64,000 nucleotides of DNA, from the NCBI RefSeq assembly GCF_009914755.1, contig NC_060947.1; one strand, written 5' to 3'. Position numbers and translations under genes: made by a program. The notes under the pieces are model-generated. The model was given only the letters and a program-made list of their open reading frames with translations, was not told where the DNA came from and searched no databases. The DNA is from the human T2T-CHM13v2.0 reference genome, Homo sapiens. This document shows, in pieces, positions 18,879 to 40,210 of this stretch (positions are counted from its first letter, which is position 1; the number at the start of each line of letters is the position of its first letter).

Positions 18879-19580
18879 GAAATATCAGAATAGCAAAATA
18901 GATAACCCAGCTGGATTATCACTAAGAGTCATAGCAGCAGTCATATTCTAGTATCTGGTTTAATAGAAATGATCTGGTAATTAGTCTACAGGTGTTTGAC
19001 TATAGACAGAAAGATGTTGATATGCAGGACTTTCACCAGCAAGATTTAAATATGCAGTAGAAACAAAGGATAAAAACTAGGCACAGAAGTCAAGGTGTGA
19101 GATCTGGGGATCCCATAATGGTGGACGACTTTCTTCATAAATGAAGTAGCCATGGTCTATGCTGTAAAGGAGATGAAAGAGTATACTTCCCATGAACATG
19201 GTAGCCATGGAGTTAGATGATTTGTTTTATACACAACATAACCATTAACAGGACAGAGAAAAAGATGGGAGACATTTTATAATCAATGCAGCCATGACTG
19301 ACACAGATGCAGAAAAATGAAGCACAGATGCTTATTTCATGAAGAAAAGTAACCAAACTGAAACTTGAAGACTTCTTTTGTGATCAAATTGGCCATGGGC
19401 AATGCCAACAAAGAGACGATAGTCTTGTTCATGAGCAAAGTAGACACAGTTGCTGGAGAAGCAAGGTGAGGAGGAAAGTTTTTTCTAGAACAAAGTAGCC
19501 ATGTAAGAAGTGCAAACAGGTTGATGGAAGATTTACTTTATGAAGCTATGGTTAGCTCAATTTGGGAGATCAAAGATTTA

Positions 19581-20138
<558 letters not shown>

Positions 20139-20224
20139 TTATAGCTTGAGCTCTTTATATATTTTCTTTCTCTTATTGATTCGCATTAATATGTAATATG
20201 CAAAAATAATACTAGATGACACTT

Positions 20225-20325
20225 CTAGCATTTACTGTGCATTTTAGGTATTTTACATACATTAATGTATTTAACCTTGAAAATAACTCCATAAGTTAAA
20301 TATTATTATTATTTTTATCCCTGTC
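20225..20325 (-). mobile_element. MIR fragment
   Basis: tactgtgc...ttttacatacattaatgtatttaacct...ataactccataagt..tattattatt..tatccc resembles the MIR consensus (antisense). Confidence 0.55.
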
Positions 20326-20331
20326 TTTTTT

Positions 20332-20375
20332 TTATGAATTAGAGGCAGCTATATTATGAATTAGAGGCAGCTATA
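20332..20375. repeat. Perfect 22-bp tandem duplication
   Basis: ttatgaattagaggcagctata at 20332-20353 and 20354-20375. Confidence 0.95.
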
Positions 20376-20469
20376 ACTTGGGAAGACATTGATATTGAAG
20401 GCTTCTTTTGTGACCAAAATAAATACAGCTGTAGAAGACATGTAATCGGAAAATTTTTATCTTGACTAT

Positions 20470-23088
<2,619 letters not shown>

Positions 23089-23399
23089 ACTACAATAAAT
23101 AAAGATGATGAGAATATGAAAATAGTAAACTTCCTTTATAACCTATATAAGATTACCTCTGTGGTAGAAGCGGAGTTGAAAGCTTTCTTTCTTGGGCAGA
23201 GCATAGATAGCTAGATAAAACCTGAATGTAGAAGACATTTTTTATGACAAAAGCAAAAATAGTTGGTAAGGAAAGAATGCAGAGGATATTATTCATGATT
23301 AGTGCAGTTCTGGCTGTGGAAAACATCTCATGGTAAGTCTTCTTCATTATGTTTGACAGCTGAAGCAAAATATTACAATAACATTGATATGCTTTTCAA

Positions 23400-25810
<2,411 letters not shown>

Positions 25811-25827
25811 GGGGGAATTTAAAGCAG

Positions 25828-28047
25828 TATTATGGACTGGATTGTGTTCTCCCCAAATTTATATGTTGAAGCCCTAACTGCTGAAGTGACTTTATTTAGA
25901 GATATAAGGTCTTTAAGGAAGTAATTATGTTTAAATTTGATAATGAAGGAGCTAATCCAATAGGATTAATGTCCTCATAATAAGAGGAAGAAATACCAGC
26001 AATGTGCACGCAGAAAGAAAAGGCCATGTGCGAACACAGCAATAAGATGGCCATTTGTAATCCAAGAAAGAAGGCTTCAGGAGAAAGCACCATTGCTGGC
26101 ATATTGATCTTGGACTTTCAGCCTTTGAAGCTGTGAAAACAATACATTTCTGTTGTTTGAGGCACAGAAATAAACCATATATAAACAAAATGACAATATG
26201 AATAAAAAGACTAAAATTATATAAAGGAACCAAATAGACATTCTGAAGCTAAATGTCTTCATTAGTCTGCTTTGGCTGCCATAGCAAAAACTACCTTAAA
26301 CATTTTGTTATGGCAGCCCAGACTATTGCAGATTAAGGTACAATGAATTGGGTACTGCTGTAACAAATACTAAAAATGTAGAAATGGCTTTGGAACTGGG
26401 TAATGAGAAGAAGATGGAAGAATTTTGAAGCTTGTGTTAGAAAAAGCCTAGATTGTCATGGAGAAATTGTTGGTAGGAATCTGGATATTAAAAATTATTC
26501 TGGTGAGGTCACATGTGGAAATGAGAAACATGCTGTTGGACACTGAAGGAAAGGTGTTCTTTACTATAAAGTGGCAGAGAACTTAGCTTCATTGTCTTCT
26601 AGTGTTTTGTGGAAGGTAGAATTCATGAAGGATGACCTTAAATATTTAACTGAGGAGATTTATAAGCAAACTGTTGAAGTTATGGTCTGATTTCTCCTTA
26701 ATAATTATAGTAAAATGCAAGAGGTGAGAAATGAATTGAAGAAGAAATTGTTAAGCAAAAAGGGACAGAAGCTAAAGACTTGAAAAATTATTGGCCAGTT
26801 TATATTGCAAGAAGTGAGAGATTATGTTCTGGAAAGAATACCTAGAGGGTGGCTGGACTATCACTGGATAAAGAGATTATGGGGTCATACTACCAGAAAC
26901 ACTGCTAAAGGGAACAGAGGCAGGACAAAATGAAGAAAGGCTGCTAGATTTCTTGAATTCTACAGAATGGAAGAATACAGCTATTCAGGGGCAAGTGTTC
27001 ATTATCCTTCAAGAAAAGGAAAAATGACTCCAAAGGTGATTCAGAAATCAGTAGGGCTGCCATTTTCTCCACAGGCCCGGAGAGCACAATTCCAAGAGTC
27101 AAGGGTGTCTCATCCTGTTTCAGAGGGTGGGGCCACATCCTCAGTTTCAGAGGATCACCTGCCTCAACCCAGGGTTTCAAGGACAAGGCTGCCACCCAGA
27201 TTCTCAGCCCCAGCACACAAAGCTAAGGGGTCAGGGCAATTGCCTAAGGAAAAGAAAACACTGCCACCCCAGTGGGCCCAGAAGGCAAAGCATCAAGCCA
27301 AAGAGGATTTTTCTTGAGACCTAAATAAAATTTGCCTTACTAGGTATTAGACTTGCTTGGAACCAACATTTCTTTCCTTTTTTCTGATCTCTCCCTTTTG
27401 CAATTAGAATGTCTATTTTGTATTTGTCCTCCATTGTATTTTGGAAGCATATAACTTGTCTGGTTTCACAGGTCCACAGCTGGAGAGGCATTTTGCCTTA
27501 AGATAAATCATACCTTGAATTTCAACTATACCTGATTTAGATGATATGTAGATGAGATTTGGGACTTAGAATTGATGCTGGAATAACTTAAGACTTTGGG
27601 GGCTGTTGGGATAGGGTAAACATATTTTACATGTTAAAAGGACATAAATTTGAGGGACACAGAAGGCAGAATGTTATGGAATTAACTGTATCTCCTAAAA
27701 TTTGTATGTTGAAGTCCTAACACCAATGTGAATGTACTTAGTGATAGGGTCTTTAAGGAAGTAATTAAAGTTAAATGGGTCATGGGGGGCCCTAACCCAA
27801 CACTACTGCTGTCCTTATAAGAAGAAGAAGAAACACCAGGAGTATGCACATACAGATAAAAGACCATGTGTGGGCACAATGAGAAAATGGCAATCTGCAA
27901 GCCAAAGAAAGGCCTTGGGAGAAACCAACCCTGCTGCCACCTTGATCATGGACTTCCAGCTTCCAGAACTATGAGAAAATATATTTCTATTGTTTAAGCC
28001 ACTCAGTCTGTGGTATTTTTTTATGGCAGCCCTGGCAGACTAACACA
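25828..28047 (+). mobile_element. MLT1 (A/B-like) MaLR element: LTR ~25828-26330, internal, LTR 27672-28047
   Basis: Both LTRs begin t(a/g)ttatgga...atgttgaag.cctaac and end ttatggcagccc...gacta. The internal part has gctgtaacaaatac..aaaatgtagaaatggctttggaactgggtaat. Confidence 0.85.
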
Positions 28048-28454
28048 GCCAAGAACCTTATATCTGGAAAAATTACTTGCAAACTATATATCTGACAAAG
28101 GACTTGTACTTAAACTAGATTTAAAAAATTCACTAGGTTTCCAGAATTTGTCAAATTTGGGCAATGTTTAGTAATTTTTCTATGTTTGCAAGACATCCCT
28201 AAATTTTTTACCACCAGGCCTGTATGAATCTGACCTTTATATTTCAGACACTTAGTCTTATTCTGATGCTTAATAATAACTGACTGAACCTCCAGATCTT
28301 CATACATCAGGTCTAAGCCATCTACCATGAATTTACACACACTTTTCTGCCCACAGACTGGCTTAAAAAAATTACCCACCTGTAAAAAGGAATTAGTAGG
28401 ACCTGACCTACCCACAGGAATAAGAAGACATTATTGACAGAGGTGTATTTAAAG

Positions 28455-28590
28455 TACTAATAGCCTCATTTTACAGACTAGAGTAATGAGGACCTAAGAA
28501 ATGCAGTGACTCAACTAAGACAGCAGAGCTGAAACTGAAACCTAGAGTTTATTCTTCCTGGTTGGGTGCTATTTCTCTAGACCACATAGT
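28455..28590 (-). mobile_element. MIR fragment
   Basis: cctcattttacaga...gaggac..agaaatgcagtgact...cagcagagctg is MIR core-like. Confidence 0.5.
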
Positions 28591-29046
28591 ATATATCTCA
28601 TATCATGTTTCCTCACAAATATCAGAATATCCTGGCACTTAAAAGAGATTTTTGTAAATTCTTATAGCTGATAGAATGTATAGTATATGACATTCAGTAA
28701 TTCACTTATTCATCATCGCAATAAGCATATAACTTACAATGCTGCAGGCCCTGAAGTGGATAGTGTTGAAATATTTGAGGCATTCACAGAGGTATCACTA
28801 CCGAATAATTCTTATTAAATAAATCTCTAGGAGCATTATTGGATATAAATGCGTAAATTTTTCTAAGAGACCTATAATTCTTCATTTGAAAGGGTTTTCA
28901 GAAGTCACACTATCCATTTCCTACCTCCAAGCAGAGCTGCATCCAACTTTGATGACTGCAATCATGTGTAGTATCACTGATCTAAGATTATATATATAGA
29001 GAGTATAGTATCACTGATATATAGTATTGTATCACTGATCTAAGAT

Positions 29047-29123
<77 letters not shown>
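29047..29123. repeat. Compound (TA)n(GA)n microsatellite
   Basis: Directly visible. Confidence 0.97.
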
Positions 29124-29124
<1 letters not shown>

Positions 29125-29300
29125 TTTAATCCACACCATAATTCTAACAGATAGATGTTATTATCTCTACTTTATAGATGAGGAAAATAAGGGGTAGGGA
29201 GATTAACTGACATCCATAATTAAAAAGGTAGTGAGTTGCTGAGCCAAGGTTTGAACTCAATTTATTTTGAGAATTTAGACTCTTAATCACTTTACTCTTG
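29124..29300 (-). mobile_element. MIR fragment
   Basis: tttaatcc...ttattatctctactttatagatgaggaaaat...gagattaactga...gagccaaggtttgaactc. Confidence 0.7.
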
Positions 29301-31090
29301 TTCCCACATCATTTATGGTTATTAAATAGTATTCCCAGGATGTCTCTACTAACCTAAAATGAAAGGCAGTAAGCAAAAAGTAAGGAAATAAAATTGGAGT
29401 CTATTTGGGGACTCTATATTTCCCTTAAACTCAGAGAAACTTATCCCACCATAGGAAGAAAAAGCAAAAGCCACAATTTTTTCATAAAGGAGAGATGGAG
29501 AGACTAAACTTGAATTTTTGTTAGATTTCTTCACAAGATAGTACAATATAAAATGTTCTAGGGGAAGTTTCTTGGGATAATTTTGATTTTTTGGTATCTT
29601 AAATACAGTCTTAACAAGATATAAAGTGGAAAAAATGTAACATTTCTACTGAGCTTTTGAGCTTTATGCTCCAAAAGTGTTACTCATCCTACCTTCACCC
29701 CCCACTGTCACTGCCATCTCCACAATTTAACAATCCAAGAAGTAGAAGAATCTACCTTTTGGGAAAAGTGAGTCTTTGCAATCATTTCAAAACATAAGAA
29801 CATACTATTTCTCCCACGATGATTTCCCACCTCAATTTCCCATCAATGTGTGTTTCCTAATGCCTAGGCTGTCAGCAGTATTTCTGCTAAGAAAAGTTGC
29901 TTCCCAATTCTACCTTGAAGGTAGAATTCAGTCTCAAGTGGATGGTAATGCTGCAAACCTCAATAACTCTGCCAGCAAATGGGACAGAGAGGCTACCTGG
30001 CCAATGAATTCTGTGGTAAGGTTTCTGTGGAAGATATCATCTTAAAAGAACACATCGGTCAGATCTGTTTCACATCACATGGGATAAATGAGGGCAAAAA
30101 GTGTGAGTACTGGGGAGAGGATGGAAGAGAGTGAACAGTGCATGAACAGAGGGTATACATCTATTTCAAGAAGGGAGTGACAAAAGGAAGACAACATACA
30201 ATCTAACACTTCTCTCCTGACCCAAATAATATAATGACAGGTTTGCAGAAAAGAATCTGACTTCTTGGATATATTCCACCAGAGAAATCACAAAGAAACT
30301 GATCCATCTGTCACAAAATTCTCAGGTGTATATCTTCCCTCTGCCTGCCAATTAAGCATAGAGCACTAGAAAATAAAATACCTGCCATATGTACAAATGC
30401 TAACCTATTGCTAAAGGCTTACAGAAGAAGGTTTTGTCCTCCCTTACTCATTCCATAACCAAGAAGTTCGTCCTCTGGTCAAACCCACATCTTTCTTCGA
30501 TACCAACAAAACCCAATTTCCTTTAGATGGTCTGTCTGCCTGGGCTTAGGTTTGGGGTTCAGAAACACTTAATCACACTGTATTAGTTCCCCTCGACTCA
30601 TCCTTCTGATGACCTCTTAGATGGGGTGAGCCTCTAGTAAGAGCTTGCTAAGGGTTGGCTCCAGGATGCTTATCCCTGATGACTCCTTAAGTAATTTACT
30701 TACATCTTGGAGCCAAAGTTCCCATTAGTCTCTGCCTTATCTGGAATAACTGTCTCTGTTGTTCTTGGCCAAGAAGGTAATTACGGCAAACTCTTTCATG
30801 GTTTTGAGCAGGCTCAGCAGGGAAAAAAGCTGAAGGCTCATGGTAAACAGGTGCATAGAAACTGAAGGTAGGGGATTCCAGCTACTGTCTTTATTGCACA
30901 AACAGTAAATTTGAAGGCTAGAAGTGAAGGATGAGGTATGGAAAATAGGAAAAACAGATCAATAACTAACTTTTTAAAAAACATTTTCACTAATTGCCTG
31001 TCAGAGAGACAGTGCAAGGAACTGCTTTATGTCTTGGAGCTTAATATTTGTGTCAAAAATTTCCACACAGTTCCCAAATGCTTGGAACAT

Positions 31091-31163
31091 TAGAGATAGA
31101 GATAGAGATGGAGATAGAGAGAGATAGAGAGATGGAGAGAGATAGAGATAGAGATAGAGATAG
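31091..31163. repeat. (TAGAGA)n-type simple repeat
   Basis: Directly visible. Confidence 0.95.
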
Positions 31164-31279
31164 CTCAGACAATGCATGTAGCTTTAAAAAAAGATAGTAC
31201 AAAGATAGAACTGGAAAGATACAACTTTGCAATAGCACAGACTTTTCAGACTAAGGCCCAGTTAGTTTTTTAAGTTCAG

Positions 31280-31430
31280 AATGAGTTAGCAGGCTGTCAA
31301 GAAAATTAGGTTACATTAACAGAAGCATAATATTCAGAATGAGGGAGATGATTGTTCCACTCTAATCTGAGTTGTTAAGACTATACTTGAGATCATTGTT
31401 TTTATTTCTGGATACCATACTTTAAACTTC
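31280..31430 (+). mobile_element. L3/CR1 LINE relic
   Basis: ttaggttacattaacagaagcataatattcagaatgagggagatgattgttccactcta...tttctggataccatactttaa matches the conserved CR1 ORF2 3' segment. Confidence 0.65.
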
Positions 31431-32335
31431 ATGACGGACAAAGATAAGTCAAGGTGGAATTCCAGACTATGCTGTCTGAAAACCAAAAAAATAAAATAAA
31501 ATACAATAAAATAAAAAGATGCACAGTAGCGTACAAAGTCCAGTTAGGAGACCCCAGAGAGAAAAAGTAGCCATGCCAGAACAGCAATGCCAATTAAGTT
31601 CTACCTTGCTAGCTATGTCATGGCTCCTTCAAAAACATAAAGCTTTTGAGAGGGTGACTCAAAATGACAACTGACTAAAATGGTCACTTCCCCCAAGTGT
31701 CTTGGGAATCTAAAGCTAGAGGACACCTTGGAGACCCGATGATCCATATTCTGTTTCAGAGCGAACTTGGAAACTCTGTTTTCTGCAGTGTTTAGTATAC
31801 TTGTCCAGAACATGTTAATTTCAAATTGACAACCAAGCAAAGCACACAAACATCACACTTGAGCAACACTAGCTACAATAACTAGGTAGCCTTTCTCATT
31901 AGGGCTGAGGTCTTATACAGCATTGCAATGAACTTCATCTGAATACTAGCTTGTATGCCAACTACAGGTCAAACTCCAAGGACTTCTTGCTCTCTGCCTC
32001 TTTCCACAACTTTCCTTATTGTGTGCAATTGTCTCAGGTACTCAGAGCAATGTAGGCTGACTTCCAATTAGTCCTCCAAAGTTTTAAGGACTTACATAAA
32101 TGACTATATGGAAACAATACTCTCTAAGGAATCTTACTACCCTGGAAACAAGATATAGCTACCCAGTCCATTTCTATTCCTCATGTAAATTCCATAACCT
32201 TTTAGTTAAAACTATCACATATTCTCAAGATCTACTTTATATTGCACTGATCCTCAGCCAAAGTCAGTCCAACACTCTAGGCATTTTGACGTTGCCATTC
32301 TTTGAACAAGTAAAAGTATAAGAAAAGTATAAGAG

Positions 32336-32337
<2 letters not shown>

Positions 32338-32379
<42 letters not shown>
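32338..32379. repeat. (TA)n microsatellite
   Basis: Directly visible. Confidence 0.97.
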
Positions 32380-32381
<2 letters not shown>

Positions 32382-33800
32382 CTTCCTATCCATACAAGAT
32401 AGCATAGAATCACATCTTTCTCCCTTTCCCCACTAGGTACATTGAGACTAGCAAGTGAAAACTAAGAAAAGTAGAACTTGTTAGGGAACCACAGGATTGT
32501 AGGAATAACACAATGTAAGGTGCCTTACATCACACCACTAAGAGAAAGTAATCCGGCATGGCATTTTCTTACCCCTAACTTAACACCAGAAGGTGGTGCA
32601 GATAGGTTAATTTCTCTCCCAGATCACACAGAATCCTGCCTGTAACACCGGGCAACAACAGCACCACAGGAAAAGTGGATTAATCTCTCCACTGATAGCA
32701 AGTGGCCAGGGAAAGTTGCTTTCTCTGAAGGGTCTGAAATTCCCAACATCACCAAGTGAACTGAGTGCCTGGGTGCTACTGACAAAAGGATCCAAACACA
32801 AGAACCTGAGTAGGAAGCACTCTCCATCCCCACAGTCCAGAAATTGTATTCTCCTATTTAGAAGCACCAGATAGACCTGCCTGGGGAAGCCTCTTCTGCC
32901 ACTTCAAGCAGCACTGGCTGAGACCAGTGGGAGATCCAGCAGTATAAGGTAAACCAAGCAGATCAGAATAGGACTGAAAATGTTCAGGAAATTAGACTTC
33001 CATTAAAACCACAGCTTACAAAAGTAAGCAAGTAGGTCTTGTGTGCTAAACCTAAACAAGCTAACTACCTGCTAAAATAAAAAAATATATAAACAAGACA
33101 CAGAATCTGCTAACATAATAGATTAAATGTCCAGCATGCAATAAAAAGCTACCTGTCTTACCAAGAAAAAGGAAAACTACAACTTGGATGAGAAAAGACA
33201 ATCAACTGATATCAACACCAAAATGAATCAGATGTTGGAATCATCTGATGAAGATTTTGAAGGAATAAGGATTTAATATCATAAAATAGTTTAACAAGCA
33301 CAATAAATTCTCTTGAGATACAAGAAGACACATAAAACCTAAGCAAATAAATAAAAATCATAATAAAAACCAAATGAAAATCATAGAACTGAAAATAGAA
33401 AAACAGAAAATATTTTAAAAACTCACTGGATAGGCTCAGTAATCAAGCATAGGTGTCAGAGGGTAGAATCACTAAACTTGAGAAAATATCAATAGAATTT
33501 AACCAACATGAACAAAAGAGAAGAAATAGACTGGGGGGGGGAAATGAATAGAGTCTTGGGGACTCGTGGGACAATAGTAAAAGATCAAACATTTATATCA
33601 TTAGGTTCCAGAAGAAGAAGAGAAAGAGTAGAGTTTAAGATGTCTCATATTTATTGAAAGACCTAAATGCACAGATTTTAAAAGCTGAGCAAATCCCAAA
33701 TAGAAAAACCCAAAGTAATGCATGTCAACAAACATTATAATTAAACTTCTGGAAAATCTAACGACAAAGAAAATATCTTGAATGGAAATAAAGAAAATAT
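32380..33800 (+). mobile_element. Old L1M 5' region and ORF1 relic
   Basis: ORF1-like segments (gatgttggaatcatctga..aagatttt, aactcactggataggctca, aagctgagcaaatcccaaatag). Confidence 0.6.
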
Positions 33801-35627
33801 ATCAAGATTTAGTTATTTCTATATTTACACAATCACCATTGGTGGTTTCTCTACCTCGAGATCTGGAAAACATTCAACCCAAAGACAACATCTACCAATA
33901 ATTTTACCCTTCACTTCATAGTTACCATTTGCCTCACATCAGTGCTATTTCCATAAAATCTAAAAGACTGAGGAGCAGATATGCTAAGGCTTCCTGAGTC
34001 CTGAAGTTCTAACTTTAAAAATACCCATTCTGTCACCTGAGCTAGAACTCCTCAGGTTTATTCCCAACATACTTCTATGCTGTGCTTTATGTCCTTGGGC
34101 TTGCGTCAAGTCCCAGATTATCTAACTTCTCCCAGGAAATGATAATACCATCATTAATTACTTCTGTTTGCTAAGATCTGTTCTAACTTGTCATTATATA
34201 TTCTACCAACTCTTATTAATTTTATATTATTTGTCTCAATTACTTCCCTGTTACCAGTCCAAAGAATTCTTCTCAATTTCTTGTATTTGTGGGATATTAT
34301 CATATTCCCCTCCTTCCTCTCAGACCTTAGTAGGCAGTAAGTCAATCTCCCTATCCCTAGAGCCCCAAGCTGCCTTCATCCATCAAGAAGTCCTAGATTC
34401 TATTTGTCTGATTCTGGTTATCATTCAATAACTGTTTTTAAATTTCTCCAATTTGATGACTTCTCTTTAAAGGCCTTCCATATGTTATCAGCTTAAAATA
34501 ACATTATAAAATGGTATTTCCAAGCCTCATGGTAACCTCAAATATAAGTCACAGAATGGATTTAAGAAAGCAAGTAATTAAATTATTTCACCTGAGAAAA
34601 TCACCTTCACTAAAAGAAGACAGGAATAAAGGAAAGAAAGAAGACCACAAAACAACCAGAAAACAAATAAAAGAATGGTAGGAGTTAAGTCCTTACGTAT
34701 CAAAAATAACATTGACTGTAAATGGACTAAGCCCTCAGAAAAAATACATAGATAGGCTGAATAGATAAAATAACAACACCCAATAATCTGTTGACTGTAA
34801 GAAACACACTCCACATACAAATACACAGATAGACTGAAAATAAAGGGATGAAAAAAAAATTACATGCCACTGGAAACCAAAAAAGCAAAAGAAGCTATAC
34901 CTATACAAACTAAATTTCAAGACAAAAAATGCAGGAAGAGACAAAGAAGCACACTGTATTATGATAAAGGAATAAATTCAGTAAGAGGATATAACAATTA
35001 TAAATATATATGCACCCAACATTGGAGCACAAAGATATATAAAGCAAATATTATCAGAGCTAAAGACAGAAATAGGCTCCAATAGAGTAATAGCTGGAGA
35101 GTTTAACACCCCATTTCAGCACTAAATAGATCTTCTAGACATGAAATTTAAGAAGAAACATTGAATTTAATCTTCACCAGAGACCAAATGAATCTAACAA
35201 ATATTTACAGAACATTTTATCCAATAGCTACAGAATACACATTCTCTTTCTCAGCACATGAATTATTATCAAGAATAGATCATAGTTAGGTCACAAAACA
35301 AGTTATAAAACATTCAAAAGGTATGAAAATAATATCAAGCATCTTCTCTGATCACAGTGGAATAAAGCTAGAAAGCAATAACAAGAGGAATTTTGGAAAC
35401 TATACAAATAGATAAAAATTAAACAGTATACTTCTGAATAACCAGTGAGTCAAGGAAGAAATTAAGAAAGAAATTGAAACATTTTGTGATACAAATGATA
35501 AGGAAAACACAACATACAACCTATGGGACACAGCTAAAGTAGTACTAAGAGGGAAGTTTGTAGACGTAAGTGCCTATGTGAAAAATTTAAATAAACAATC
35601 TAACAATGCATCTTAAAGAATTAGAAA

Positions 35628-38990
<3,363 letters not shown>

Positions 38991-39902
38991 AAATAAGCAA
39001 CTTAACAATGCATCTTAAAGAATTAGAAATGCAAGAGCAAACCAAACCAAAATTAGTAGAAGAAATGAAACAAAAATCAAAGCAAAAATAAATGAAATTG
39101 AAATGAAGAAAACAAAAAAAACAATGAAACAAAAAGTTGATTTTTGAAACTTTAAATAAAACTGACAAATCATTAGCCAGGCAAATAAAACAAGACAGCT
39201 GACCTAAATAAATAGAATTAAAGATGAAAAAGGACACATTACAACTAATACTGCAGCAATTCAAAGGATCATTAGTGGCTACTATGAACAACTATTTGTC
39301 AATAAACTAAAAGCTCTAGAAGGAATGCATAAATTCCAAGACAAATACTACCTACCAAGATTGAACGAGGAAGAAATCGAAAGCCTGAAATGATCCATAA
39401 CAAGTAACAAGATCAAAGCCATAATAAAAAGTCTTCTGGCAAAGACTAGAGACTGACAGTTTTGCTTCTGAATTCTTCCAAACATTGAAAGAAGAACTAA
39501 TAGCAATCCTACTCAAACTATTCTGAAAAATAAAAAAGGAGAGAATACTTCCAAACTCATTCTACAAGGCCAGTATTAACCTGATTTTAAAAAATCAGAC
39601 AAAGACACATCAAAAAAAGAAAACTACAGGCTAGTATCTCTGATCAATATTGGTGCAAAAATCCTCAACAAAATACTAGCAAAACAAATTCAACAACACA
39701 TTAAAAAGATCATTCATCATGACCAAGTAGGATTTATGCCAGGGAGGCAAGAATAGTTCAATATACACAAATCTATCAGTGTGATACATCATAGAAACAG
39801 AATGAAGGACAAAACCATATGATTATTTAAATTGATGCTGAAAAACCATTTGATGCAATTTCATATCCCTTCATGAAAAAAACCCTCATAAAATGTGATT
39901 GA

Positions 39903-40210
<308 letters not shown>

